From an uncultured cyanobacterium (GTDB taxonomy: Bacteria > Cyanobacteriota > Cyanobacteriia > Cyanobacteriales > Cyanobacteriaceae), in the NCBI GenBank assembly GCA_963710605.1, contig CAVQBA010000005.1:96001-160000 (forward strand): a DNA stretch of 64,000 nt, given 5' to 3'. The notes under the pieces were generated by a model that did not search any database, was not told the DNA's origin, and saw nothing but the letters and a program-made list of their open reading frames with translations. Shown here piece by piece: positions 41,150 to 51,367 of the stretch (the first letter of the stretch is position 1; the number at the start of each line of letters is the position of its first letter). A program made the position numbers and the translations under genes.

Positions 41150-42259
41150 CTAACACCTTAGTAAGTGTTGAATCAAAGCGTCATTTTCAGTTTTTGTACC
41201 AAGAGAAATTCTTAATCCTCCACCTGTATGTCTAATTAAAATACCTTTTGCTTTTAACTGAGCCAAAATCTGATTATGATTATCAACATTGGGATTATTA
41301 GCTAAACGCAAGTAAATAAAATTAGCATCACTTTGCCAAACTTGAAATTGTTCAGACGCATTTAATACGTCATATAAACGGTTTTTTTCAGCCATGAGTT
41401 GTTCTACACTAGGAAGAATAGCATGACGGTTTTCGAGGGCAAATTGAGCAGTTAGCTGAGAAAATGTAGGTAGGTTATAAGGTAAACGAATTTTTTCGAG
41501 AATATTAATTAGATTAGGATGAGCGATGGCATATCCGACTCGATGGGCGGCTAAACGAAAAGCTTTAGAAAAAGTACGTAATATCAACCAATTAGGATTA
41601 TCTGGTAATTCATTTACCAAAGTTTGTTGACTAAACTCATAATAAGCTTCATCAATGACAACTAAGATATCACGATCGAGATTTTTTAACCATTCAATTT
41701 CATCTATCGTCAAACAATTAGCCGTCGGTGAATTAGGATGCACCACAAACACAACCTTGACTGGAGGATTAGTTGTTTGTTTAATCATTTGATTGGCTTT
41801 ATCTATATCCCAACTAAAATCAGACTCTTTTCTGTCGATATTAATCACAGGAATACCCAAAGTCTGTGCCAAAATTCGATACATCGAAAAAGTCGGGTTA
41901 GCAACCATAATTGAACCGTTTTGATTTAAGCTAGTTGCCATCAAAAGCAATCGAATTAGTTCATCAGAACCATTACCTACTGAAATATTTTGATGATTAA
42001 TAATCTGAGTTAAGGATGCACTTTCATTCACATATTCAGCAATCAAACTTTTAAGGCGAAAGTGACTACCATCAGGATAACGATTAGTTTCTAAATTATT
42101 TTCGTAAAATAAAGCTAACTTAGTTTTTAATTCATCAGGAAGATTAAGAGGGCTTTCATTCGCATCTAAGCGAATTAATTTAGTTTGATTTTAATCAATA
42201 GGGGTAGGAGTATAAGCCGATAAACTTAATAAATCTTCCCTAATAAAAGATAAGTCCAT
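41150..42259 (-). CDS. hisC: Histidinol-phosphate aminotransferase with in-frame TAA at codon 23
   Basis: MDLSFIREDL..LSAY..PID*NQTKLIRLDANESP...NRYPD in frame with VGNGSDELI, PNSPT, DEAY, RTFSKAF. Confidence 0.9.
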
Positions 42260-42393
42260 AGGTAATAAATAATTAATAATGAATAATTAATAATGAAGAA
42301 ATTGAGTATAAGTATATTGATTCTCAATTGTGAATTATAAATTTAAAACCAAGAGTAAATTTTTAACTTTCTTAGAGCTTATAGCTGTAATAA

Positions 42394-43311
42394 TTAACTA
42401 TCTATCGCCACAACTATTTCGTTTTCTTCGATCAAAGTTTGAGTAAGTAAAGGAAAATCAAGACTTTCTCTTTGAGCGAGATATTGATGGGCAACTTCAC
42501 GAGCTAAGTTACGAATTCTACCAATATAACGTGTTCTTTCAGTTACAGCAATAACTCCTCTAGCATCAAGTAAATTAAAACAATGAGAGCATTTTAAAAC
42601 GTAATCAAGGCTAGGTAAAACTAAGTTTTTTTCGGTTAGTTGTTTAGCTTCCTCTTCGTATAGGTTAAATAACTTAAATAATAAATCGGGATTAGAAGCT
42701 TCAAAATTATAAGTACATTGTTCGATTTCTCCTTGCAAGAAAATATCGCCATATTTAATTTTGTCATTCCATTGAATATCATAAATTCAATCGACATCTT
42801 GTAAATACATCGCTAATCTTTCCAAACCATAGGTAATTTCGATCGAAACAGGTTGACAATCAATACCACCACATTGTTGAAAATAGGTAAACTGAGTAAT
42901 TTCCATTCCATCTAACCAAACTTCCCAACCAACACCCCAAGCACCAAGAGTAGGAGATTCCCAGTTGTCTTCTACAAAGCGAATATCATGATCTTCTGGG
43001 TGAATTCCTAAGGCTTTTAAAGATTCTAAATATAATTCTTGAATATTATCAGGAGAAGGTTTAATTAATACTTGATATTGATAATAATGTTGAACTCGAT
43101 TGGGATTTTCACCATATCGTCCGTCTGTTGGACGACGGCAAGGCTCTATATAAGCTACAGCCCAAGGCTCAGGTTCGATCGCTCTTAAAAAAGTATTATG
43201 ACTCATCGTACCCGCACCTTTTTCCGTATCGTAAGGTTGGGCAATCAAACAAGATTGATCACTCCAAAATTGATTTAAAGTCGTAATAATATTTTGAAAA
43301 TTAATAGTCAT
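42394..43311 (-). CDS. glyQ: Glycyl-tRNA synthetase alpha subunit with in-frame TGA at 42787-42789
   Basis: [45 protein letters not shown]...; the two track ORFs share one frame. Confidence 0.93.
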
Positions 43312-43478
43312 GAAATCAGATATTTAATTATAAAGTAACTGTAAAGTTGATCTCAAAATAGAGAATTTTAACTAGAATAAGAATAGTTACGCAAACAAGC
43401 AAATTAAAAAATAATATAGAAGTCATTTTTTATATTATGATTAATTAAACTTTTGCTCTCATTACTTCTAATTTATCA

Positions 43479-44669
43479 TTGATGGATACGTCCTACCAAG
43501 AAAACTATAACGTACCGATTAAAGGGTTTGTGGGAGAGAAGCAAACTTATATTTTCAATGTGTTTAAACAACACAAATTTAGTGGTGAAGTAAAATTTGT
43601 CTATCATGATCATGCTCAATGGCGTTTTTATCTGTCCATGGGGCGTTTAGTTTGTGCCACAGGAGGAGAGCATTCTGTTAGACGTTGGCGACGAAATTTG
43701 GTAATTTATCTACCAGAAATTGCTCAAGATACTGCTTATTTACAGGCACAAATCAAATCGATTAATGCTGATAACGTTAGATTTTGTTGGGAGTATGAAT
43801 TATTACGCCGTTGGGTAATAGAAGGTAGAGTCAATCGAGATGCGGCTGTCAAAATGATTGCCAATATTATGAGTGAGATACTTTTTGATCTTAGTCAATC
43901 TTCAGAAATTACTTTTCATATGGACAAAAATATAGTTGTACCAATTGATGAGCAAATTTGTTTATTTGACTCTCAAGATATAATTGCTTCTGCTTGGCAA
44001 AACTGGCGACAATGGCTTAGAGTAGGTATGAGCGATCGTTCTCCTAATAAAGCAGTTGTCATTCGTTTAGCAGAACAATTACAACAAAAAACTACACCCA
44101 AAACCTATAAAATTTTCACCAAATTATTTAATGGTAGATCGACACTTAGAGATTTAGCTATCAAACTTAAAAAAGATGTTTATCGCTTAAGTGCTTCACT
44201 GTTACCATATATTCAAGAAGGATATATCGATTTAGTATCCATACCTGATTTACCATCACCGATAATACCTCCTACTCCCGAAACATTATCTTCTAAAGAA
44301 TTTCTTCCTTTGATTGTTTGTATTGACGATAGCCCGATGATTTGTGAAACAATGGGTGTTTTACTAGTCAAAGCAGGTTACAAGTTTGTCGGTATCACCG
44401 AACCATTGAAAGCAATTTCTCAGATTCTTACTCTCAAACCTGATGCTATTTTTCTAGATTTAATGATGCCTAATACTAATGGTTACGAAATCTGTTCTAA
44501 TTTGAGAAAATCATCGGCTTTGAAAAATACCCCTATTATTATTCTTACTTCAAATGATGGCATGATTGAAAGATTAAGAAGTAAAATTACTGGCGCTTCG
44601 GATTTTATGGCAAAACCAATCAATGCTCAAAAAGTCGTGGCGATGATTAATAAACATTTACACAATTGA
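43479..44669 (+). CDS. PatA-family response regulator (PATAN + REC)
   Basis: PATAN motif ATGGEHSVRRW; REC CIDDS...FLDLMMP..NGYE...KP. Confidence 0.92.
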   Translation: MMDTSYQENYNVPIKGFVGEKQTYIFNVFKQHKFSGEVKFVYHDHAQWRFYLSMGRLVCATGGEHSVRRWRRNLVIYLPEIAQDTAYLQAQIKSINADNVRFCWEYELLRRWVIEGRVNRDAAVKMIANIMSEILFDLSQSSEITFHMDKNIVVPIDEQICLFDSQDIIASAWQNWRQWLRVGMSDRSPNKAVVIRLAEQLQQKTTPKTYKIFTKLFNGRSTLRDLAIKLKKDVYRLSASLLPYIQEGYIDLVSIPDLPSPIIPPTPETLSSKEFLPLIVCIDDSPMICETMGVLLVKAGYKFVGITEPLKAISQILTLKPDAIFLDLMMPNTNGYEICSNLRKSSALKNTPIIILTSNDGMIERLRSKITGASDFMAKPINAQKVVAMINKHLHN

Positions 44670-44754
44670 CAATTATGACTTTCATCAATCCGAATTAAGG
44701 TTATAATCCAGAAAATACTAACATCTAATGCTTAACGCCTAACACCTTATTTAC

Positions 44755-45363
44755 TTGGGAAATAAATTGTTTAACTCTTCTTTCTGTATTTTTTTTGTTT
44801 TTGTTTCTGGATTTATGTTGACTTTGTCAGGATGTGATCATTTTCTTCTCCAAAAAGATAACACGACTATACCAATAATATCTGCGGAGGAAAAAACTAA
44901 AATTACCACAGAAGTTGAGCAACAAAAAAAGAATTTAAGTCTGTGTAATCAAGAACAAGATCAAGCCTTATCAGGTGATGCAGTTAATGTTTATTATCTC
45001 AGTGAAACTAAATATTTGGTAGAAATTCTTTGTTTTTTAGGTGCTTATCAAGGAAATTATCAATATTTATTATTAAGTAAACCCGAAAATAATTGGCGTA
45101 AAATAAATTTTTCCACATTTGATTTTCAAGCACAAAATTTTAAATTAGCTAATACCGATACATTAGTTGGTTCGATCGATTTTGAACCCGTAACTCAAGT
45201 TTTGACAGTAGAAACTAAATCTAGAGGTTTGGGTGATTGTGGTAGCTATGCTCAATATCAATGGGTTGACAACTCTCAGTTTGAATTAAAAGAATATCGT
45301 TATAAAGCTGAATGTGATGGTGTCTATCTTCAACCAGAAAACTATCCTTTGATTTATCCGTAA
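44755..45363 (+). CDS. DUF1176-like lipoprotein
   Basis: Lipobox LSGC; C..GAYQ; KSRGLGDCG...Y.W; CDG. Confidence 0.75.
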   Translation: MGNKLFNSSFCIFFVFVSGFMLTLSGCDHFLLQKDNTTIPIISAEEKTKITTEVEQQKKNLSLCNQEQDQALSGDAVNVYYLSETKYLVEILCFLGAYQGNYQYLLLSKPENNWRKINFSTFDFQAQNFKLANTDTLVGSIDFEPVTQVLTVETKSRGLGDCGSYAQYQWVDNSQFELKEYRYKAECDGVYLQPENYPLIYP

Positions 45364-45463
45364 ATAATTAATAATGGCTTTTTTGCATTCGTAATAATTT
45401 GCTTGATATAGCAACAAATAAATTAGTTAAGACATTTTGATTAAGTTTCCCCCTTTCACTAAG

Positions 45464-45629
45464 GCAGGGCTGATTCATTCTTAAATTTTGTAATTTCTAC
45501 AACTAAGAAATAACAGTAAATGTAGCTGTTTTTTTCTAATAGTAAAAACACAATGTAACCAAATCGTTCAATCGTATAGTAATAATAGCTTCTAGCTATT
45601 TTCTTCTTCCGAGAATGAAACAGCCCTGC
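45464..45629. mobile_element. MITE, 166 bp, 18-bp TIRs, 10-bp target-site duplication
   Basis: TIRs GCAGGGCTGATTCATTCT / AGAATGAAACAGCCCTGC (1 mismatch); TTTCACTAAG on both sides (45454-45463, 45630-45639). Confidence 0.92.
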
Positions 45630-46074
45630 TTTCACTAAGCGGGATTAAGCGGGATCGTAACGTTCTAAATACAAAAGTTTAATGCGATAGGTAATTGTTG
45701 ATTGGACACCTAAAACAAATCAAATTTAGGTTGCTCAAAAACACTTTATCTATAAGTTTTATACAAAATTACTACACATATACAGACTAACGATCAAAAT
45801 AAACTAAAAATATTTGTTACAAATCTTAACAAAAATTTTAATAATAGTGGTATTACCTAGGACAGATTATTTTATATATTCATAAAGGAGGATGAAGATT
45901 ACAAAGGTTTTTTGTAACCTAGAAGTTACATTATATTAACTATAAACTGAACGAATTTACTAGAGCAAATTACCCGTAATGCTTAGTGTTTAGCGATCGT
46001 AACATTATGGGTAAAAAATAAATAAATTCTGACTAATTATAAAAAACATTAACCTTGGCAGACAAAATAATTAT

Positions 46075-47727
46075 ATGACTAATCCGATCGAATTTCAACT
46101 AACAGCACCTTACAATAAAGAAGCGGCATTAATTGGCTGTTTTTCTGATTGGGAAAAAATACCCATGAAAAAAGGCGAGGATGGTATTTTTAGAACAACA
46201 GTAGATTTAGAAGATGGTATTTATCAATATAAATTTAGTGTTCGTTCCAAAAGTTGGTTTTTTGAACCAGATGAATGGGTAGAAGTAGTAGATCCGTACG
46301 CAACAAATATTGATGACCCAACTCAAAACGGTGTTATTAGAATTAAAGATGGTGAAAAGATAGTTGATACTTATGTTTGGAAGAATGACGATAAACCCTT
46401 ACCAGCAGATCATGAATTAGTCATTTACGAAATGCACATTAAAGATTTTTCTGGTGGAGAAGATGATGATAAAGAAAGAGGAAAATATATACACGCTACT
46501 GAAAAATTAGATTATCTTTCTGAATTAGGAGTTAATGCCGTTGAATTAATGCCGATTAAAGAATATCCAGGTGATTATAGTTGGGGATACAATCCACGTT
46601 ACTTTCTTGCCACAGAATCAAGTTATGGCCCGACTGAAGACGTTAAAGAATTTATCGATGAGTGTCATGGTAGAGGTATCAGAGTCTTAATGGATGGGAT
46701 TTATAATCACTCTGAGGCTTCTAGCCCATTGACTCAAATAGACCACGATTACTGGTATCACCACGATCCCCAAGATGCTGAACATAACTGGGGTCCAGAA
46801 TTTAATTACGAAAAATACGACGAAAATTACGGTACTTTTCCTGCCCGAAAATTTTCCATTGATTGTATTTGTTTTTGGGTTCGTGAATATCACATTGATG
46901 GTATTCGTTATGATGCGGCTAGACAAATTAATAATTTTGACTTCTTGTACTCTGCGGTTGAAGAAGCTAAGAAAACAGCAGGAGAAAAACCTTTTTATAA
47001 TACTGCCGAATATATACCCGAAAGTCCTAGTGTAACTAACTTCGATGGTCCGATGGATGGTATCTGGCACGAAAGTTTTTACCAAGTACTTTTAGATACT
47101 GTTTGTGGCGATCGTTTTGACATGGAAGAATTAAAAAATATTATTGATTGTAAACGTCAAGGATTTTTAGGTAGCACTAATGTAGTCAATTATAATGGTA
47201 ATCATGATCATGAGCGTTTGATGGTATCTTTAGCTAATCATGATATTTTTGATGAGCATGCTTTTAAAAGAGCTAAACTAAGTGCGGCTATTACAATGAC
47301 TGCTGTGGGTATTCCGATGATTTGGATGGGCGAAGAATTTGGCAGTTATCAACCATTAGATCCAGAACCATCTAAAATTGATTGGAAACTACTTAAAAAT
47401 GATGAAAATCGTAATTTAAAAGAACATTATCGAGGATTAATTAATTTACGCAAAAATAATCATGCTCTTTATACAGCCAATATTGATTTTTTCCACGAAG
47501 ATTCAGAATCTCAAGTTGTAGCTTATACTCGTTGGAATGATGAAGGTTCAAGAGTTGTGGTAGTAGCAAATTTCTCAGGTAACTACTTAGCTGGTTATTC
47601 TGTGCCTAATTTTCCGGCTAATGGTACATGGCATGAATGGACTGGTAACTATGATATTGAATCAGGAGACGATAAGATATTAATCGATTTACCCGAATAT
47701 GAAGCTAAAGTTTTAGTTTTTAGTTAA
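46075..47727 (+). CDS. GH13 alpha-amylase-family enzyme with N-terminal CBM48-like domain
   Basis: IYEMH, WGYNP, DGIRYDAA (nucleophile), AEY (acid/base), NHDH. Confidence 0.9.
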   Translation: MTNPIEFQLTAPYNKEAALIGCFSDWEKIPMKKGEDGIFRTTVDLEDGIYQYKFSVRSKSWFFEPDEWVEVVDPYATNIDDPTQNGVIRIKDGEKIVDTYVWKNDDKPLPADHELVIYEMHIKDFSGGEDDDKERGKYIHATEKLDYLSELGVNAVELMPIKEYPGDYSWGYNPRYFLATESSYGPTEDVKEFIDECHGRGIRVLMDGIYNHSEASSPLTQIDHDYWYHHDPQDAEHNWGPEFNYEKYDENYGTFPARKFSIDCICFWVREYHIDGIRYDAARQINNFDFLYSAVEEAKKTAGEKPFYNTAEYIPESPSVTNFDGPMDGIWHESFYQVLLDTVCGDRFDMEELKNIIDCKRQGFLGSTNVVNYNGNHDHERLMVSLANHDIFDEHAFKRAKLSAAITMTAVGIPMIWMGEEFGSYQPLDPEPSKIDWKLLKNDENRNLKEHYRGLINLRKNNHALYTANIDFFHEDSESQVVAYTRWNDEGSRVVVVANFSGNYLAGYSVPNFPANGTWHEWTGNYDIESGDDKILIDLPEYEAKVLVFS

Positions 47728-47916
47728 TAGCTAAGTTATACCAAATTCAAAAAAGAAAAAGACAATCAATGAGGACTAAATCCCCCTACGTCTGAAGCCT
47801 ATGAGCCTATCCCCTATCCCTCTTTAGTAAGGGGGTAGGAGACAAGAGACTGGAGACTTGCCATAGTCGGATGAAAATCTTACTCATCTAAAAACGGGGT
47901 ACAAACTTCATCTTTT

Positions 47917-49542
47917 TTAATCTTGATTATTTTCTTTGTTTTTTCCCTTCATAATTCGTCCGATAATTCCGGCAAAAATAGTACCCATAATAGTTAGTGG
48001 TTCAGGTACGGGTTGACTATTATTGGGAGAAAATGCGATCGTAATTTGCTGATAATTAGATGTTTGTAAAATTGAATCTAAATCATCATTGCCTGTAATT
48101 GAAATTAAATTAGTTTCACATTCTGTAATATTACCTTCATAATAATAAGGCTGAATACTTCCTAATTTTAAACCTCCTCCACTCGTACAAATATCTTCTG
48201 AAGAGGCATAATAAAGTTCTATGTCTTCATCAACAGCAAAACTAGATGTTATGTAACCTACAAGAGCGTGTTCGTAAGAATGGAAGCCACTTTTAAACTT
48301 CCATTGCTTTCTACCGCTAGTTGTCGAACCATCTGCACTAACTGTTTGATAAATTCCTTTATTTATTGTTGTTTCGTCCACCATATTGTCGAAAAACCAA
48401 TTAGCTGTATTTTCTAAATAATTATCACAAAAAGAGGCTTCATCTAAACACATCGTACCTGCCATTTGATCTAACTCCTGATAAATCCACCAAATTTTAT
48501 TCAAATCTTGAGTAAAATTACCATCAGAATCTAAATAAGGATCGTTTGCCCAACTCCCAGAAGGTTCATGATATGCTTCAGCTAGAAGTTTAGTCGCATT
48601 ACTTTCAGCAAAATCAACTAAATTAGAATCTTGCAAAACTTCCCCTGCTTGTTGGAGCATCCATAATGATTTAATGGAATGTCCGTAGTCTGTATTTCCT
48701 TCTAAAAGTCGATCGTCATCTACATTTCCCTGTCTGAGCCAGAATACATTATGTTCGGGGCTATAAAAATTATCGACAAGAGATTGACTTAAGTTTTCTA
48801 AATCTGTTTCAAAAATTGATTTATAATTGTTTGGTACGATCGGAGCTAAAAGTAATAAATAGGTATTTAACTGATCTAATGTTGCTGTTAGCTGTAATCG
48901 AGAATCAATAGTATCTGTCGGACGAAACTTCATTATATTTCGAGAACTATCGTAGTAAGTTTCAAACAAATCATCTTTAAGATCAATAATATTATTTAAA
49001 ACTGTTTCATCCCTAGTTAAATAATAATAAAACGCTAAACCTTGTAAACCATACGCTTGTTCTTGACTAGTACGACGGTTGAAGTCAGAATCTGGTGTAT
49101 TACCAGGTTGTGATAAGTATTTATAAGTTCCTCCCAAAGTTCGATCGATACCATTATCCTGTATCCAATCAACTCCTGCTTTCGCCAAACCCAAAAATTG
49201 CGACTCACCTGTTAAATGATAAGCTACACCATAAGAAAATGTTTGACGTGCTTGAGCAACAAACTCATTACGAGGGTTGATAGTAGGATCAAATAAACCT
49301 GTATTTCGTCTTCTCGTGGGGAAATTACCAATCGGTTCACCCCAAGCGTCTTCTAGTTCAAAAAAAGGATTTAAGTCTTCTTCAACATGAGTTAACCATC
49401 TTTCACCAGTTATTGTTCTCGAATTGGATGCGATCGCCATTTTACTTCCATCGAGAGTAGGAAGTATTAAACCTAAAAATAAGAAAAAAAATCGAACGCC
49501 AAACCTCTTACTAAATAGAGTAGCAAGTAAATTATTCATCAC
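47917..49542 (-). CDS. Secreted AGE (N-acylglucosamine 2-epimerase)-like protein with PEP-CTERM sorting signal
   Basis: QARQTFSYGVAYHLTG, DYGHSIK, WWIYQE, GFHSYEH; C-terminal VPEPLTIMG + TM + basic tail. Confidence 0.75.
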   Translation of the reverse strand: MMNNLLATLFSKRFGVRFFFLFLGLILPTLDGSKMAIASNSRTITGERWLTHVEEDLNPFFELEDAWGEPIGNFPTRRRNTGLFDPTINPRNEFVAQARQTFSYGVAYHLTGESQFLGLAKAGVDWIQDNGIDRTLGGTYKYLSQPGNTPDSDFNRRTSQEQAYGLQGLAFYYYLTRDETVLNNIIDLKDDLFETYYDSSRNIMKFRPTDTIDSRLQLTATLDQLNTYLLLLAPIVPNNYKSIFETDLENLSQSLVDNFYSPEHNVFWLRQGNVDDDRLLEGNTDYGHSIKSLWMLQQAGEVLQDSNLVDFAESNATKLLAEAYHEPSGSWANDPYLDSDGNFTQDLNKIWWIYQELDQMAGTMCLDEASFCDNYLENTANWFFDNMVDETTINKGIYQTVSADGSTTSGRKQWKFKSGFHSYEHALVGYITSSFAVDEDIELYYASSEDICTSGGGLKLGSIQPYYYEGNITECETNLISITGNDDLDSILQTSNYQQITIAFSPNNSQPVPEPLTIMGTIFAGIIGRIMKGKNKENNQD

Positions 49543-49671
49543 AAAATATATTTAAAGAGTTAATAATTTTTAGTCAACGTAACACTAATGTCATTGAGGT
49601 TATTATAAATTATCGATTAAGATCAAACATTGCGTTTTGTTACAAAACTCTCTATTTAGCCTGATTTTTAT

Positions 49672-51039
49672 TTAGGTTAGTTTAACTTTAGTAGCACGGT
49701 TAGCACCTGCATTTTCTGCCTCTCTAACTTTCTTACCACGCCAAATCAAGCGAATTGGTGTACCTTTAAATCCTAATTGTTGACGGAATTGTCCTTCCAT
49801 ATAACGACGATAGTTATTATCAAGTCTTTTAGGATCATTTACAAACAAAGTAATAGTAGGTGGTTTAGCGGCAACTTGAGTACCATAATAAACTTTACCT
49901 TGTTTACCTTGTCGGCTAGTAGGAGGAGAGTGCCAACTGACTGCTTCTTCGATCACTTCATTAATAACTGATGTACTAACTCGTTTGCTATGTCCTTCAG
50001 CGGCGTTATCAACTAAATCGAGAATATTTTCGACTCTTTTACCTGTCATAGCGGAGATAAAAATTCTCTCTGCCCAATCCATAAAGTATAATCGATCGTC
50101 GAGCATTTTTTGATATTCATAAATGGTATGAGAATCTTTTTCCACCGCATCCCATTTATTAGCGATAATTATACAAGCCCTACCTTCATCAATAATTCTA
50201 CCTGCTAGTTTCAAATCCTGTTCGGTGACACCATCTAAAATATCAATCACAAATAAAACGATATCAGCTCTTTTAATTGCTTTAAAGGCACGATTAATAC
50301 TAAAAAATTCAGCACCATAATCGACATTCTTTTTCCGTCTGATTCCTGCGGTATCGATTAGACGGTAAGTTTTATCATTACGCTCAACTAACATATCAAT
50401 CGTATCACGGGTTGTTCCTGAAATAGGAGAAACGATCGCTCTTTGTTCACCTGTTAGAGCATTCAAAAGGCTAGATTTCCCTACATTGGGGCGACCAATA
50501 ATAGCAACTTTAATTTCTTCAGTATCTTCTAACTCATCCATCGATGGGATGTATTCAACTAATTTATCTAAAAATTCTCCAGTACCATTACCATGAATTG
50601 CTGATAAACCATAAGGCTCACCTAAACCTAAATTCCAAAATTCGGCTGTTTGAATTAAACCTTCTTTTTCTGATTCGCACTTATTAACAGCCAAAACAAC
50701 AGGTACATCTTGTACTCTTAACCAACTAGCTATCTCTTCATCAGCTACAGTCAAACCCATTTTACCGTCAACAACCATAATAGCGGTAACAGCTTCAGAC
50801 AAAGCGGCTTGAGCTTGTTCACGAATATAAGGTAAAAATTCAGTTTCATCATCAAAAACTAAACCACCTGTATCAACTATTTGAAATTCTCGATCTTGCC
50901 AAAATGCTTGTTTATAAGTACGATCTCGGGTAATGCCGGGTTCATCAAAAACGATCGCATCTTGTTCGCCAGATAAACGATTAACTAAAGCCGACTTACC
51001 AACATTCGGACGACCTATAACAGCAACGATGGGGAGCAT
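49672..51039 (-). CDS. der: Ribosome biogenesis GTPase Der (EngA)
   Basis: Two GRPNVGKS G-domains, DTGG/DTAG, NKCE/NKWD, KH-like C-terminus. Confidence 0.98.
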   Translation of the reverse strand: MLPIVAVIGRPNVGKSALVNRLSGEQDAIVFDEPGITRDRTYKQAFWQDREFQIVDTGGLVFDDETEFLPYIREQAQAALSEAVTAIMVVDGKMGLTVADEEIASWLRVQDVPVVLAVNKCESEKEGLIQTAEFWNLGLGEPYGLSAIHGNGTGEFLDKLVEYIPSMDELEDTEEIKVAIIGRPNVGKSSLLNALTGEQRAIVSPISGTTRDTIDMLVERNDKTYRLIDTAGIRRKKNVDYGAEFFSINRAFKAIKRADIVLFVIDILDGVTEQDLKLAGRIIDEGRACIIIANKWDAVEKDSHTIYEYQKMLDDRLYFMDWAERIFISAMTGKRVENILDLVDNAAEGHSKRVSTSVINEVIEEAVSWHSPPTSRQGKQGKVYYGTQVAAKPPTITLFVNDPKRLDNNYRRYMEGQFRQQLGFKGTPIRLIWRGKKVREAENAGANRATKVKLT

Positions 51040-51367
51040 GATAAATTCTATACGAGTTCAATTCAGAACATAAATTAATATTCCATCATAACTCATTTAT
51101 TTTTAAAATTACCAAAACAAGCTTAATTAAGTTAATAATTATTAAGATAAATGCAACTATTATTTTTACGATTACGTCAAAAAAAAGAATATTGTCAACT
51201 GTTAACTGTCAATTGTCAATTTATACTGAGCAGTTCTAAAGGCTCACTGTATCACCTTAGTCGAAGTATTGTTAAAGCGTCAACCATCAATTTTACTAAT
51301 CACGTATTATTATGGTTAATAATTCATCAGTTAGATTAAAAAACTGTAAAAGGAGAATATAGAGAAA

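Noticed and set aside
41150-43311. Alternative genetic code or selenocysteine
   Set aside because: The two internal stops differ (TAA, TGA), fall at non-catalytic positions, and both codons terminate other genes in the window.
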